Assembly: GCA_905178155.1 (NCBI GenBank) | Contig: CAJINV010000005.1 | Coordinates: 6,656,153 to 6,720,152 of the forward strand | Reading direction: 5' to 3' | DNA from: Amoebophrya sp. A120 | Lineage: Eukaryota > Protista > Dinoflagellata | DNA: 64,000 nt | Shown: in pieces, positions 48,501 through 60,127 of the stretch | How the letters are laid out: each line of letters begins with the position of its first letter | How positions within the stretch are numbered: the first letter of the stretch is position 1 | The notes under the pieces: model-generated | Database searches by the model: none | What the model saw: the letters and a program-made list of their open reading frames with translations, nothing else | What the model was told of the DNA's origin: nothing | Made by a program: the position numbers and the translations under genes

Positions 48501-51500
48501 ATGCTTGCATTGCCGTTCATGCTATGCAAATGAGGGGGAGGGGGAGTTGTGCACTGTTATAGGGAATCGTTAGAAGTGATGAACGACGGGAATGTGGATG
48601 ACGACGACAAACCAGAAAACCAGGGTATTACAACGAAAAATGCCCCCACCCCCAAAGTTGCAAAAATTTGTGATGCGAAGTTTCCAAATGAAGTCTTTTT
48701 GTCATGCATGAAAGGAGTGCGAATCTTTCTGATGCAGGGTCTAGGCGTATATCGCATCGCTTGCATGACAAGCGCCGCTCTTGCTGGGGTCTCTTGCAAT
48801 GCAGACTTTTGCTCTTCACAGTTGGAAATCTGTGATGCAGATAGATGCAAGATGGCGAATGTTTCATTTGGAAAGGTTTGCAATACAAATGCTCCCAAGC
48901 TCGGGGGTGGGGGCACTTTTCATTGTAATACAGGGCATTTTACCAACCTGGCTGTCCAAGGCGCTTTCATCGTTATTCTCCTCCGGAGGTAGTACAACCA
49001 CTACTGCCGCTCAAAGTCAAAGCAAAACCACAACCAGCCTGACAGCAGCACGAGAAGATGTTGAACGAAAGCCGAAGATAACTTTATCCGAAGACAGCCA
49101 AACGGGGCAGAAATCGCTCAACTTCACCACGTCGCTCCATTTCTCGCTGATGTCCGCCCCGCGGTGGCGGTTTCAGAAAACCATGGAGGAGAGACTGCAA
49201 GCGACGTCGGCCAGCTTCGGGGAAAACAGCGAAGAGGCGTTGCAACTACGGGATTTGTTCGCGAATACCAGCCCGACCTTGCTGATCGTAACGCTGGTCG
49301 TGTCGATTCTACACACGATTTTCGAGTTCCTAGCCTTCAAGGCCGACGTGCAATTCTGGAGTAACCAATCCGCCGAGACGTTGAACAAGTACGTTTCGGT
49401 ATCCTGAGGAAAAGCGTCCCCACCCCAGAGTTGTCATGCAGATTTGCAATGACAAGGAAATTTCTGATGCGCATACCCATGTTAGACATTTCCCCTTGTG
49501 TTTTGGAATTTGTGATGTTATGCACAGGATAAGCAGATGGATCTGTGATGCGGCTGCACTTGCTAACCTGCACTACACTACGGAGTGCAACTTGTCATGC
49601 GTGACTCCCGCCCTCGCTGGCAGGCTGTCGCCCCCCCACCTTGCCTTACGAGCAAGGGGGGTGAAGCAAACTAGGCATGGAAAATACGGGGCCACAGCCT
49701 GCAAGCCCCTCCCCCCCTCCCCCAGCAGTCAGGGTCCAGCTAAGTTGCAAATCAGACGGCCCAGCAAGAAGCCGTGAAAGAGAACGCGACTAGTTTCAGT
49801 AGTACGAAGGACGTGTAGTGCCATTGCAAGTTGTCAAGCAGTCCATCCAAACCATGAGACGCCGCCTTGTATCAGTCCCTCTCCTTCTCCTTGGCCACAA
49901 TGGCGCAGCGACACGGAGCTCAAAGACGGTGAGTTCACCTCGGAGGACGGGCGAGATGGCGGCGGTGCGGCGCGAAATCGTAGAGCAGCTGGAGGAGAAG
50001 CTGCCGATGATAGAGGACCCGGCAGCGGCGGCAGCAGCAGCAGCGCGGGACGATGACGACGCCACAATGCCGCAACTAGTAGAACCGGCCCCGCCCGAGC
50101 TGGACCCAAGCCGAATCGCGATCGCCGACCAGAGCCGGGCGTTCGTGCTGGCGCCGGCCCTTATCCCGGCGGGCTCGAGAACAATCCTGAGAAAGGTACA
50201 TGAGGCGGCGCCGAAGCACATCGCGGCGGCAATTCGCGCGGCGAACGAGCACGAGCTGCTCCTGGAGCTCGGCCCGCACTGCCTCCGCATCATCCAGCGG
50301 CCGGCGCACGAAGGTGAGCTAGAAGCAGACCGCACCCGCGCAGCAGGAAAGGCATTGGCGGCCGGGGTGGCGGTGCCCGGTGGGGCAAAGCGGTACAAGG
50401 AAGCAGTCCCGCTAGCCATCTGGAGGGCAACAGGAAGCAAAGTAGGTCCTCTGGCCGGGACCTATACAAACCACCCGGACTACCGGGACATCCCCTGCAG
50501 TGCTGCCGTGGTCGACGCCCTGGCGCTTCGGCAGACAGACCACGCAATTGGACTGGACCCGCGCAACCATAGCAGGCTCGCAGCGGGTACCCTGAAAAAC
50601 GCGGGCGGATTTGCGGCGAACGAATGGCCGTTGGGGGACCCGGGAGTGTGCAGTGAGGACCCCGACATCCGCAAGTCCGATAACCCCGACGACCTGGCAG
50701 TCGTCAAAGGAAAAGCGTTGCAGAAGCGGCTTGAGAGGGCGCCGCCCGACACACCGTTCTGGACCGGCGCCGACAAGCCGGCGCTCGGGGAGGGCGGAGA
50801 GGAGGCCATGATCTGTGCCCCGGTGCGAAAAGTCTCCCGCACCAGCATAGCGGCAAACAGACCAACGCCGCACGGCCGGAGCTGCCCCGACTGCGTCGCA
50901 GAAGCACAAGAGATGGCGAAGAACACGATGGAGGGCAACACGCTCGTCCGCCCGTACCTGGCCAGTTTTCTAGCCCCAGAACGAGTGCCGCCGGCGGTCG
51001 GACCGTACACGAACTGGCTCGGCAGTGAAGCGCCGAACCAGGAGAACATGCGCTACCCCGTATACATCCGGACGCCCGAGGTAACAGCGGGAGCATCAGC
51101 AAAAACGATATACAAATGCACCAAGTGCGACGCGGTAGGACAGATGCCCAGCATGTTGGCGCACGTGGTTGTATGCCGAGTGGGGCGGCATGAGCGGGTA
51201 GGCAGCATGCTGCTCGGCAAACTGAGCGCCCTGGCGGCGGGGGAGCGGGATGCGGCCACGCACCAAATAACAACGTCAAAGAAACACCACCTGGCGGAAC
51301 TGCGGCTCCAGTTGGACGAGCGCCCGCCCCCGCCCGACATCGAGTGGTCCAAAGGACGGCGCATGAAGATCACACTGCTCAACTTGGATGGCGGACTTCT
51401 GACCAACTGGCCGCGCCTCGTGCATGAGATCACAGAAGCCGCCCCGCTGGTGGTCGTCGTCAGCGAAGCAGATCTTCCACAGGACCTCTCCAAAACTGTC

Positions 51501-54500
51501 AGCGACCTCATATACTTGACTCTCCGGGCGCGATATTTTATCTGGAGGGGAACAAGGGCCATGGCCCTGGTGGCGCACTCCCTCCGCCCGGCAGAGCAGG
51601 CAAGGTGCACACAGATCCCGCTGGCCCCGAGTATGGCAGCAATCCTTGTGGCACACGGAGACCTAGCGGGCGAACTAGTGGCGGGATATATCCCTCCAAT
51701 CACGGGGGCGACGGGCAGAGACGAAGTGATGGCGCAGCAGCAGGCGGTGTTGAGGTACCTTTCGGACGCCCCCAAGGACGCAGTCGTGGGGATCGCAGGC
51801 GACCTGAACATCAGCTCGGGGTCAATAATGTTGGAACGCCCAAGGCCCAACCCGTTCCGTTCGGCCTTAGCAGCTGCGGCCGAGGCGCGGGGGATGCAGT
51901 CAGCCCTCCTGCCCAGCGACGTTACCTACCCCGCAGCGGACTCCCAGCCAGATGCGTTGTTTCTCCGGCCGCACAGCCGGGAAGCAGAACTGTGGACACA
52001 ACTGAAGCTTCCAGAGTTCCTGCCGGAGAACTGCGCCACGCACATGCGCATTGGCTGCGAACTGGTGGCAGCCGAGGAAGACAGAGAGCGCAAAGGGGCC
52101 GAGCAAGTGCCAGAGGGCCTCACGCGGCGGCGGGTCTTCCAGTGGACGAGCATGACGCAGGAGACGCTGAGTAGAGTCCTCGCGCGGGCGTGCGAGGCGG
52201 CAAAATCGGCGAAGAGCTTCTCCGCCAAAACCTTGGCGCACATACTGAAAACGGAGCGGGCGCCAGTCCGCAAAGCCAAAATCCCGCCCACCCATCTGTC
52301 GTTGCTTAAAGGCGACGGCACGCTCACAATGTCGACTCAGGAGAGCATGGAGGCCTTTCGCGTCCGCCTGTGCGAAGGGAAGCCCGCCGGCATCCAGCGC
52401 ACGCCGGAGGAAGAGAAAGCCGTGGCAGCACAGGCGCGAGAACTAATAGAAGACGCGCCCTCGGTTCCCCTGGAGCCCTCTCTCGATATGGCAGTGCGAG
52501 CAATGCGGCGGCTAAACGGAAACGCGGCGGCGGGAGTCGATGGTGTACCAGTCGCCCTGCTGAAGGCGAGCACGACCCTCGCCTACTTGCTCGTCACCCT
52601 GATCTGCAACGCAATCAACGCCTTCGAGGAGCCGCCATGGAGTAAAGAGTGCTTGTTTGTCTTCCTATTCAAACACGCGAAAGCTGGGGCAACGAGATTC
52701 GTGCCGCGCTTTTGGCGTCCAATAGCCATGATCAGTGGCATCACCAAGCTAGTCGAGTCGGTGGTGCTCGGCGCGATAGAATCCCTGGTGAACGAGTTCC
52801 GGGACAACTCGGCATTCATCAAAGGCCTCTCGCCAACGGTAGGACTCATCCGCGCCTTGATGAAGGCAATGCAGTCGCGTCGGAAGTGCGTGGGAGTCGT
52901 GGTGGGCGACATAGCAGGCGGCTACGAGAACGCCTTTGTGATCCACGTGCTGACAGTATTGAAGGAGCGGGGGGCGTCGCGCCAGATTCTCCGCGTGGTC
53001 TATCGGTGGATGTGTGGGCGAACGGGACGAATAGTACTATGCGGGCTCGTCTCGCATGCCTTCCCCCTCGGGGAAGGCCTGGGTCAGGGCACGCTCCTGT
53101 CCCCTGCCCTGTTTAGGATCGTGGTCGAATATTGGTTGAACATAGTGGGTCTCGTCAGCGACTTGTGCGACTGCATCACTGGCTTCTGCGACGACATCGG
53201 GATCGTCGTAACGGCCGACACAGAAGCGGAGCTGAAGCAAAAGCTCACGGACAAAGCAGACCGCTTGCGGCGGATCCCGTACCCGATCGCTGATTGGCGC
53301 ATAGCGGTTCTCAAAGCCCCGGCGCTGTCGAGTGGAACCAAGGAAGAGCAGGACGCCTTCTTCAGAAGGTTCACGGTGCGGCTCGCGAGTGGCCAGGTCC
53401 TCCGGCTCCCGGAAGTGGAGACGCAGTTGGACAGCGGGGCGGGGAAACCCCTACGGGTGGAGAGCGGCAATGGGCGTAGAATTAACAGAGCGGCCTATAT
53501 CTCCGTACTGGGGGTGCCGCTATCACCACATCCGGAGGCATGGCTAGCACACCTGGGGAACCTACAGCGCAGGGTCGCAGCAGAGGCAGCGGAAGCCGCT
53601 GCAGACGAGGGCAAAACAGTAGTAGAACTAATCGACCAGTACCATGCCAAGATGTTCAACTGCCTGCAATATGCCAGCTCGGTGAAGAGCATTCTCTGCC
53701 CGGGTGAGGCCCTGGCACGGCTCGACGCAGTAGCAGAAACCTGCCTCCGCAGAATGTTGCGCGTTAGCTTCACCGCCCCGGTGTACTCGACCTTCTTTAG
53801 TACGGGCGCCGTGATCCCGAGTACGGCGGCACTAGCGGAGCGCAACGTGCTGAACATCCAGGCGATCGCCCTGGATAACGATACCTTCGCACAAGAGGCA
53901 AAAGTGGAGGAGGTCTGCCCCCTGCGCCGGGAGGGGTGGACCAAGCTGCGCATCTCCCACACCCTAAAACCCGCCGACCCGCTTCCCGACAACGTCGTCC
54001 TGCTGCCGGCTCCTGCAGTGTTCCAACGATATGGACTGAAATTCAGTAAAGAAGAAACGCCCAAGGTGGCGACGCTGGTGAAGGAGGAATTCGAAAAACT
54101 GGAAAAGCAGCTCGGCCCGGCCATGATGCTCATCGCAACGGATTCGGGCGACGTACCGCGTTCCGCACCAGGCGCAGCGGGCCCCGGCCCCCGCAAGCGT
54201 ATGGCGACAATAGTGATGAGACGGGGGGACGACCGAAAAGGGGAGTTTGCGCTTGCTGCCCTCTGGGGCGAAGCGGGTGCGTTCGTCGTCTCGGTCCTCC
54301 TCCTCAGTGACAGTGTCCGGGAACCCCACGCCCCGATACACGATGACCGCCTTCGGCTAGTGTTATTCCAAGTGGACGCGTCGCCGGTGTTGGATAACGT
54401 GCTATCGAGTAGAACGGAGCAGACCTGGCAGGAGTGCCGCCGGGCACTGATAAATCTAGCGCGAACGCGTCCGGACTGCCTCTTCCTCTGCTTCTGGACG

Positions 54501-57500
54501 CCCGGCCACGCAGGGATCAGTCCACACACGGAAGCCGACCTGCTACAAAAGCAGACACACCTACCAAGTGAACCGCTGGAAAGGTTCACGGACCTGCGCA
54601 TACCGCTCCGACAACTCCGCGCGTACGCAAGGGCGTGCCTCCGAGAGGAGATCCTGGAAGTGGTGAAGAAGCGGGCGCGGGCATCAACGACGGGCGCATA
54701 CCGGGGCTACATAGCCGCGGAAGTCGGCGACGCGAGGAAAACGCTGCGGGGCCTCCCGGCGGCCAGCCAGCGTCTAGCCTGGAGCCTACTGTGCGGAGAT
54801 GGGAGAGACGCTGCCCGGGCAAGCGACTCGCGGGTAGGCAGCTCGTACATCAAGTGCGGGCTTTGTGGCGAAAAGGTGTCAGCTGTGATCGCGTTGTCGG
54901 TCAGCCAAGACCCCTCCCCGCCCGCGATGGACGACGAAAGCTCTTCCGGGTCGAATGGCAACGATAGCGAGCTACTTATCGACGAGGAGGAGATGGGGGC
55001 GATAGACACAGCGGCCGAAGAACTCGCAGGGGACGCAGACGCCCCAAAGAACACGGAGTTCGCAAACCTCGACCGCCATGTTCTTTTGTCTCACTTCGCG
55101 CGGCACGTCCTCCTGTGTGAGTGCAAGAAGATCCAAGAGGAGGTGCTGACGGTGTGCCCGGCGATACCGACCTCACTAAACCTCCTCCGTAGGCCGGACA
55201 TCACAGTCCGCGCCTTCCTGACGAAGCTGGGCATGGCCCCCCCGCCCGAAGGGGAATGGCCGGTGAAACCGCGACAGAGGCCCGACAGAGACGACGTCCC
55301 GCCACCCGCAGAGGTGCAAGCAAACGTAAACAGAGGGGCGCAGACGTTTCACAACATGATCGAAATGGCGGAAACGGCGCAGCCCCCGGCAAGCGCCACG
55401 CAGGAACCCAACCCACCGGTCGTTCCGCGGAACTTCGTTCCCGGGGCGGCGCACAGACTCTGCACCAGTGCGCCCGACCGAACCCAGCCCCAGGAGGGCG
55501 ATGTGCAGAGCCTTCTGGACACGCTGTTTTGGATACCCCCGGACCGGCGAGCCCCAGGAACCACGACACGAGAGCGGCAGGGGCCGTACACGCGCCCCCA
55601 GCAGCTGGGGCACGCCCCCTCCCCCCCTGGACAACCATCGAGCAGTCCTGGCGCAATCCCCAATACCACATCAGGACGAAGCGCAATCCCGGACCAGGGT
55701 GATGAAGACCGGGAGGCCGACGCGGCAGATGGCCTGGAAACGGGGCGGGCAGAAGTTTTAGCTGGCGGAGTAGTGCTTCGACTGGACCCGGTGACGGGCC
55801 TTCCCCTACCGCGAAGCGGGGGAAGCGGGGCGGCCGAGGAGGGCTTGCAGGACTCGCCAGACGCCATCGCAGCTCAGGCTGCGGACCAAGACGACCTGAC
55901 AATGATGGAGGAAGACGAAGACGCGCTCTATACCTAACCTGCATGCCTACCCAAAATCTGCGTGCCTACCTAAAAACTTCCTATACAGCTGCACCCAAAG
56001 GGGAGAATGATGCCACTTCTAGACCACGACCCGCCCACGGCCAAGGTTCGGGCCCGGGTCTTCGGCGACGCCGACTGGGAGTTCCTGACGAGCACGACGG
56101 AGAGCCCGCGAGGGAAGGAAGCGGAGTGCGGCGTAGAGAGGTTCAAGAAGATGCGTCGTAGTCGTCTGGTTCTCCTCGTAGTTCTGGTTCGCGTCTGTTT
56201 TTGGTTTTTCGCTCCGGCCCCTTGTATGACAAGATGGACTGATGAAAGAAAGGCGTGGTTGCCGCATAGTTGCAGTCGGGGAAGACTGCGGGCCTGTGTC
56301 GTTGAAGGAGCCTAGTTTCTAGCAAGAAGAGAGATGAAAGCGTATTAATCCCCTCAAAACAAAAAGAAGCGAAGATCTGCCCAGCGTCCCGCTCGTCGTG
56401 TTGCAATTTCTCGCTGCTGGGGATCTGCTCCGCGGTCTCTGCGCGCGCTCCGGAAAATGCTGTCCTTATCCCGCCGAGCGGAGTCGGTAACTTCGGCGTT
56501 TTTCGCAAGGACATTTGGGCATAATCGGGTAGACAGGTCGGCGGGTCTAGGACACTAACTCAAAAAGCCGCATCACGACCGTCAAAACGACGCAGGAGTC
56601 CCTCCTGCGCCCTGAGGACCCCGACATCCGAACCCGAGCCAGGAACCAGCCCGGCGCCACCAGTAACCCCAGCGACCTGATTTCGCCCTACCAGCATGCT
56701 GTCGCGGCTGGCGGCCGACGCCCGGTTTCACCTACGCCTCGAAGCTCCCGATCCGTAGCCGGTCTGGATGGGTTCACGCACTTCCGGTTGCCCCGATACT
56801 GCTGCAGACCAGACAGCTACCGATAGCTCCCACGCGACGAATTCACGTGGCCACCGGGGAAAGTTTCCCGCTCGTCCTCAATGCGCAGCTGCGGCGCCCT
56901 GTCCCCGTCTTTCTACACTCTCCTCGGCGCTTCATCTAGAACTTGCTGTTGCCGATTTTCTGAAAAGACTATTCCAGATAAGCCATCCCCGGAATGAAGG
57001 GGCCGCGCTCTGCCCCCACGAGCTTTCACTTGTGCGCGTTGGGGGTAGTTGTGCGTACAGCTCCTGCCTGGTCGGCTTTATCTCCGGCTGGCACTCGAAA
57101 AACTATCCTCCTAAAAGATCCACTAAATAATAGAAAACTTCGTCCATAATGAGTATGGAGATGGTCTAGCCCGCAGCTCCTCCTATCTGTTGCTGGTGAC
57201 CTGGTCTGTTTTCTGACATTAAGTGCTGCGTCGTCTAATCTATGGGTGCGAGTAGATGTATTAGTTCCCGGCGGGTGTCTCGCAGCAATAAGGAAACTGG
57301 CAAGGATAAGCATCTGTCTGCGCTTGCAATGCGCTGATGGACTGTGCTCTGCCAAATAGTGAAGTAATTTGGACTACTCCAGTTCTGGTCCCGTTGCTGT
57401 ATATTGTGCGCGGGTGCTGGGTGGAAAGGTCCAACAAATATGTTGGCGTGTGTGTGTGTGTGAGGAGGAAAGTTTGGAGTGCCAGGTCCGTTGGGCCCGG

Positions 57501-59272
57501 GGTGGCGGCGTCTTTGGGTTGATCAAATCACCCGAAACACAATGCCATCCCGTGTTGCACAGTCTGTTTATGTCATGCGTGACTCCCAAAACTCCTAGGT
57601 TTGTGCTGCAAAGTCCCCGTCTTGCCTCTGGTGTGGGGACGTTTTTGCTCAGGATATTCGGTGACGTCGGTGCTGTTGAACATCGTTTTCGAAACGATTC
57701 TGCTTCTCTACCTCTACGATCAGGGAAGTAACTTCTTGGTGCTGCTCTTCTCGTTGGTTTCGATTGTCATTGAGTGCTGGAAAGTCACCCGGGCGATGAC
57801 GTTCGATTGCTACTGGCTGTTCGGGAAAATCCCCTTGCCGAAAATGATTTCGAACAGTGGGCGGAAGGTATCCCACAGAAAAAAGCAGGCAGGGCACATC
57901 TGTAATGCAAAAACAAATACACAGGAAAATCTGTCATGGGCAACCCCGTAGCGTGGTGTTTGAGATACGCAGGACAGATTTTTTTGTCTATTTATTTTTG
58001 CATTACAAATCTGACCTGCCTGCTTTTTTCTGCGGGATAGAAGGAAGGAAGTCAGGACTGGGACTGGATCGCGATCAAGTATTGCTTATCAAATGTAAAA
58101 ATGTCTGGGTTTGGAAACTTGTGATGCTGGGTGGCGTCTCATGATGAGGCCACAAATGCTGGCTCAGCATGACAAGTTTCCGAGCTTCTAGGTGTTGCCT
58201 ATTGCTTGGCTCATTTCTTGCTGCTAGTCCGTAGACTGATGCAACCTTTCCGGGCACCAGGATCGCACACGCGTGATGAACTGGAGGATGGAGTAGAGCT
58301 GCTTGAAGCAGTTTCTGATTCTATGTAGTCCAAAAAATGTCGTATTTGAATTTCAAAAAATCATACTCCAGGTATCTTTCCACCATTTTCGGCCCCATCG
58401 TCCTTTCCTACGCGATATCAACTGCAAATATGTCTGGGTCTGGGAGATTGCGATATTTGCCATGCTAGTCTGGTATGACTCTGAAATCTGTATTGCGTGG
58501 CCGCGAAGAGCTCATCTTACCTGTGATGTAAAAATGCAGTTTCTCATGCGGAGTACGCAGCTCAGAACCACGGAAAAACTTGTCATGCTTGGCATCTGCG
58601 CATGACAGAGTGCTCACTCTTCCCTTCCTTGCATCACAAGTTTCCAGACCCAGACATATTTGCAATGCATACGCGACCTATTCCCTGCTCTACGAGTGCC
58701 ACAAATCTTACTATTCCTTCCTCCTCGAGACCGCGGCTTCCTGTGTCTACGCGGGTGGGTTCATTTTGATGACGCCCCAGCTTTTCATCAACTACAAGTT
58801 GAAATCCGTGGCGTTCCTTCCCTGGAAGCGGTTCATTTACCGCGCGTTGAACACGTTTGTGGATGACTTATTCTCCTTTATCATCCGGATGCCCACGATG
58901 CACCGGATGGGGTGCTTCCGCGACGACGTGGTGTTTTTCGTCTATCTCTACCAGCGGTGGATCTACCCCGTGGATAAAAACAGACTGTTTGACGATGAGG
59001 ATGATGTGGGGGGAACTACAGGGGACGACGTTGTTGTTGATCGTGGGGAACTACCCGTGGCAGCTCTTGATGCAACAACAGCAAGAACTCTGCTTAAGGA
59101 CAGTAAACTACAAGCAGGGTCTGGTGCTGAACAGTCCTCATCAAATCTGCACAAGCGAAATGTTTATAAGGGAGTTACGACAGGTGACAAAGAGGAGGAG
59201 GTCGAGCTGAGCAGTGCGGTAGCGGCAAGAAAGTCTGCCACTGAACAGTCCGAGGACGCGAAGAGGAAGTAG
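45580..59272 (+). CDS. CLPTM1: CLPTM1/CLPTM1L-family membrane protein; ten exonic introners, one GT-AG intron (58079-58371) and a nested retrotransposon
   Basis: Family motifs VSILHTIFEFLAFKADVQFW, IECWKVTR, IAIK|YLS, GFILMTPQLFINYKLKSVAFLPW, YRALNTFVDDLFSFIIRMPTMHRMGCFRDDVVFFVYLYQRWIYPVD; frame continuous after removing each element+TSD. Confidence 0.93.
45962..46228. mobile_element. Introner family A
   Basis: TSD ctacc/ctacc. Confidence 0.9.
46281..46515. mobile_element. Introner family C-like
   Basis: TSD cgttt/cgttt. Confidence 0.85.
47224..47476. mobile_element. Introner family A
   Basis: TSD tgagg/tgagg. Confidence 0.9.
47650..47933. mobile_element. Introner family D
   Basis: TSD tgacg/tgacg. 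Confidence 0.9.
47996..48258. mobile_element. Introner family A
   Basis: TSD aggcg/cggcg. Confidence 0.9.
48344..48561. mobile_element. Introner family H
   Basis: TSD gggaa/gggaa. Confidence 0.9.
48626..48930. mobile_element. Introner family F
   Basis: TSD caggg/caggg. Confidence 0.9.
49610..57570 (+). mobile_element. Apparently full-length non-LTR retrotransposon (APE-RT-RNaseH, I/Ingi-like architecture)
   Basis: Perfect 17-bp TSD tgtcatgcgtgactccc at 49593-49609 and 57571-57587; single long ORF; about 1.6-kb 3' region without poly(A). Confidence 0.92.
49818..55937 (+). CDS. Retrotransposon polyprotein: Zn finger, APE endonuclease, RT, RNase H, C-terminal Zn knuckle (ATG probably 49854 or 49956)
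   Basis: CTKC..H; LLNLDG, VSEAD, AGDLN, QPD; AAGVDGVP, WRPIAM, GLGQGTLLSPALF, FCDD; ATDSG, WTPGHAGISPHTEAD; CGLC..HVLLCEC. Confidence 0.88.
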   Translation: MPLQVVKQSIQTMRRRLVSVPLLLLGHNGAATRSSKTVSSPRRTGEMAAVRREIVEQLEEKLPMIEDPAAAAAAAARDDDDATMPQLVEPAPPELDPSRIAIADQSRAFVLAPALIPAGSRTILRKVHEAAPKHIAAAIRAANEHELLLELGPHCLRIIQRPAHEGELEADRTRAAGKALAAGVAVPGGAKRYKEAVPLAIWRATGSKVGPLAGTYTNHPDYRDIPCSAAVVDALALRQTDHAIGLDPRNHSRLAAGTLKNAGGFAANEWPLGDPGVCSEDPDIRKSDNPDDLAVVKGKALQKRLERAPPDTPFWTGADKPALGEGGEEAMICAPVRKVSRTSIAANRPTPHGRSCPDCVAEAQEMAKNTMEGNTLVRPYLASFLAPERVPPAVGPYTNWLGSEAPNQENMRYPVYIRTPEVTAGASAKTIYKCTKCDAVGQMPSMLAHVVVCRVGRHERVGSMLLGKLSALAAGERDAATHQITTSKKHHLAELRLQLDERPPPPDIEWSKGRRMKITLLNLDGGLLTNWPRLVHEITEAAPLVVVVSEADLPQDLSKTVSDLIYLTLRARYFIWRGTRAMALVAHSLRPAEQARCTQIPLAPSMAAILVAHGDLAGELVAGYIPPITGATGRDEVMAQQQAVLRYLSDAPKDAVVGIAGDLNISSGSIMLERPRPNPFRSALAAAAEARGMQSALLPSDVTYPAADSQPDALFLRPHSREAELWTQLKLPEFLPENCATHMRIGCELVAAEEDRERKGAEQVPEGLTRRRVFQWTSMTQETLSRVLARACEAAKSAKSFSAKTLAHILKTERAPVRKAKIPPTHLSLLKGDGTLTMSTQESMEAFRVRLCEGKPAGIQRTPEEEKAVAAQARELIEDAPSVPLEPSLDMAVRAMRRLNGNAAAGVDGVPVALLKASTTLAYLLVTLICNAINAFEEPPWSKECLFVFLFKHAKAGATRFVPRFWRPIAMISGITKLVESVVLGAIESLVNEFRDNSAFIKGLSPTVGLIRALMKAMQSRRKCVGVVVGDIAGGYENAFVIHVLTVLKERGASRQILRVVYRWMCGRTGRIVLCGLVSHAFPLGEGLGQGTLLSPALFRIVVEYWLNIVGLVSDLCDCITGFCDDIGIVVTADTEAELKQKLTDKADRLRRIPYPIADWRIAVLKAPALSSGTKEEQDAFFRRFTVRLASGQVLRLPEVETQLDSGAGKPLRVESGNGRRINRAAYISVLGVPLSPHPEAWLAHLGNLQRRVAAEAAEAAADEGKTVVELIDQYHAKMFNCLQYASSVKSILCPGEALARLDAVAETCLRRMLRVSFTAPVYSTFFSTGAVIPSTAALAERNVLNIQAIALDNDTFAQEAKVEEVCPLRREGWTKLRISHTLKPADPLPDNVVLLPAPAVFQRYGLKFSKEETPKVATLVKEEFEKLEKQLGPAMMLIATDSGDVPRSAPGAAGPGPRKRMATIVMRRGDDRKGEFALAALWGEAGAFVVSVLLLSDSVREPHAPIHDDRLRLVLFQVDASPVLDNVLSSRTEQTWQECRRALINLARTRPDCLFLCFWTPGHAGISPHTEADLLQKQTHLPSEPLERFTDLRIPLRQLRAYARACLREEILEVVKKRARASTTGAYRGYIAAEVGDARKTLRGLPAASQRLAWSLLCGDGRDAARASDSRVGSSYIKCGLCGEKVSAVIALSVSQDPSPPAMDDESSSGSNGNDSELLIDEEEMGAIDTAAEELAGDADAPKNTEFANLDRHVLLSHFARHVLLCECKKIQEEVLTVCPAIPTSLNLLRRPDITVRAFLTKLGMAPPPEGEWPVKPRQRPDRDDVPPPAEVQANVNRGAQTFHNMIEMAETAQPPASATQEPNPPVVPRNFVPGAAHRLCTSAPDRTQPQEGDVQSLLDTLFWIPPDRRAPGTTTRERQGPYTRPQQLGHAPSPPGQPSSSPGAIPNTTSGRSAIPDQGDEDREADAADGLETGRAEVLAGGVVLRLDPVTGLPLPRSGGSGAAEEGLQDSPDAIAAQAADQDDLTMMEEDEDALYT
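57869..58039. mobile_element. Introner family I, almost fully palindromic
   Basis: TSD gaagg/gaagg; imperfect TIR of about 65 bp. Confidence 0.92.
58087..58201. mobile_element. Half introner (family A) inside the canonical intron 58079-58371
   Basis: Matches the first about 115 nt of 62964; both ttgct TSD copies present but right half and TIR deleted. Confidence 0.8.
58416..58671. mobile_element. Introner family A
   Basis: TSD cgcga/cgcga; joins SYA|TYSLLY. Confidence 0.92.
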
Positions 59273-60127
59273 GATGGGAGGTGGCCTCCAGCTCTTGACG
59301 TAGCACCGCCACAACTTTTTTACTACCCGCCTGGAACTTACCGCATGAAAGTTGTGTTGTCTCTTCCCCATATTGTTTTTTAAAAGCGACACCATGGAAT
59401 ATCTCACACTTCATCTACATTTTGCAATGACGAATGTAGTGTCGCATTGCCCGATACTCATAATCGCGCAATGAATAGAGAACGCAGGCGGGTCAGACTT
59501 TTGACTCGTCTCTTGTTTTTGTTTATTCGAGGACTTCCAAGAAAAATGAACGAGCTGTATCCAACATCGGGCGCAGCGCGAGCATGAAAATGAAGTAAAA
59601 GAGGAGCATCCTACATCAACTTCGTGTAGCTGCCAGGAGCCATCGTCCTGTGTTTTGGGTTCTCGCAGTAGCACTCGTGAGACAGAGTACTTCCAAATTT
59701 TCGTATTATCGTTGTGCACTCACTACTCAGTGACCGTGAGAGAACCACAAAGACGAGTGCACCTCGTACGAGAGCGTAGCTATTCTAAAACGTGCCCATC
59801 TATGACCATGTTGGAGACGTTGATGAAGACGAGGTTTGGGGTCGCGGCTTATCCTCCGCTGAAGTCGTCGCGTCGTTCGTTTCAGGTGCAAAGCAATCGG
59901 CCACAGTGTTAGACTTATGGTCAGACTGACTTCGAAGTTCATATCGAAACCAAATCGCAAAATTAGCCGAAGTCGTGTTAGGCCCTCCTTCTATGATCTC
60001 GATCGTCGCAAGCTTACTGTCCACCTGTGACTGTGTCCCCCTGCTCGAGAATTCATTTGACGCCAACGCTCGTCTTTGAGTTTGAGTTATTTTACCAGAA
60101 AAAAACAACTGCCTGTTCGACGACAAG

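Larger units (their letters stand above)
49400..57656. mobile_element. Introner family D split by a 7.96-kb retrotransposon (halves 49400-49609 and 57571-57656)
   Basis: TIR tatcctgaggaaaagcgtccccacc / ggtgtggggacgtttttgctcaggata; TSD ttcgg/ttcgg; exons join as KYVS|VTSVLLN. Confidence 0.93.

Noticed and set aside
49796-55944. Long antisense and overlapping ORFs within the retrotransposon
   Set aside because: Expected shadows of GC-rich coding sequence; no motifs.
58202-58230. Exon LAHFLLLV after the half element
   Set aside because: The GT-AG intron 58079-58371 gives a better CLPTM1-like sequence and keeps phase.
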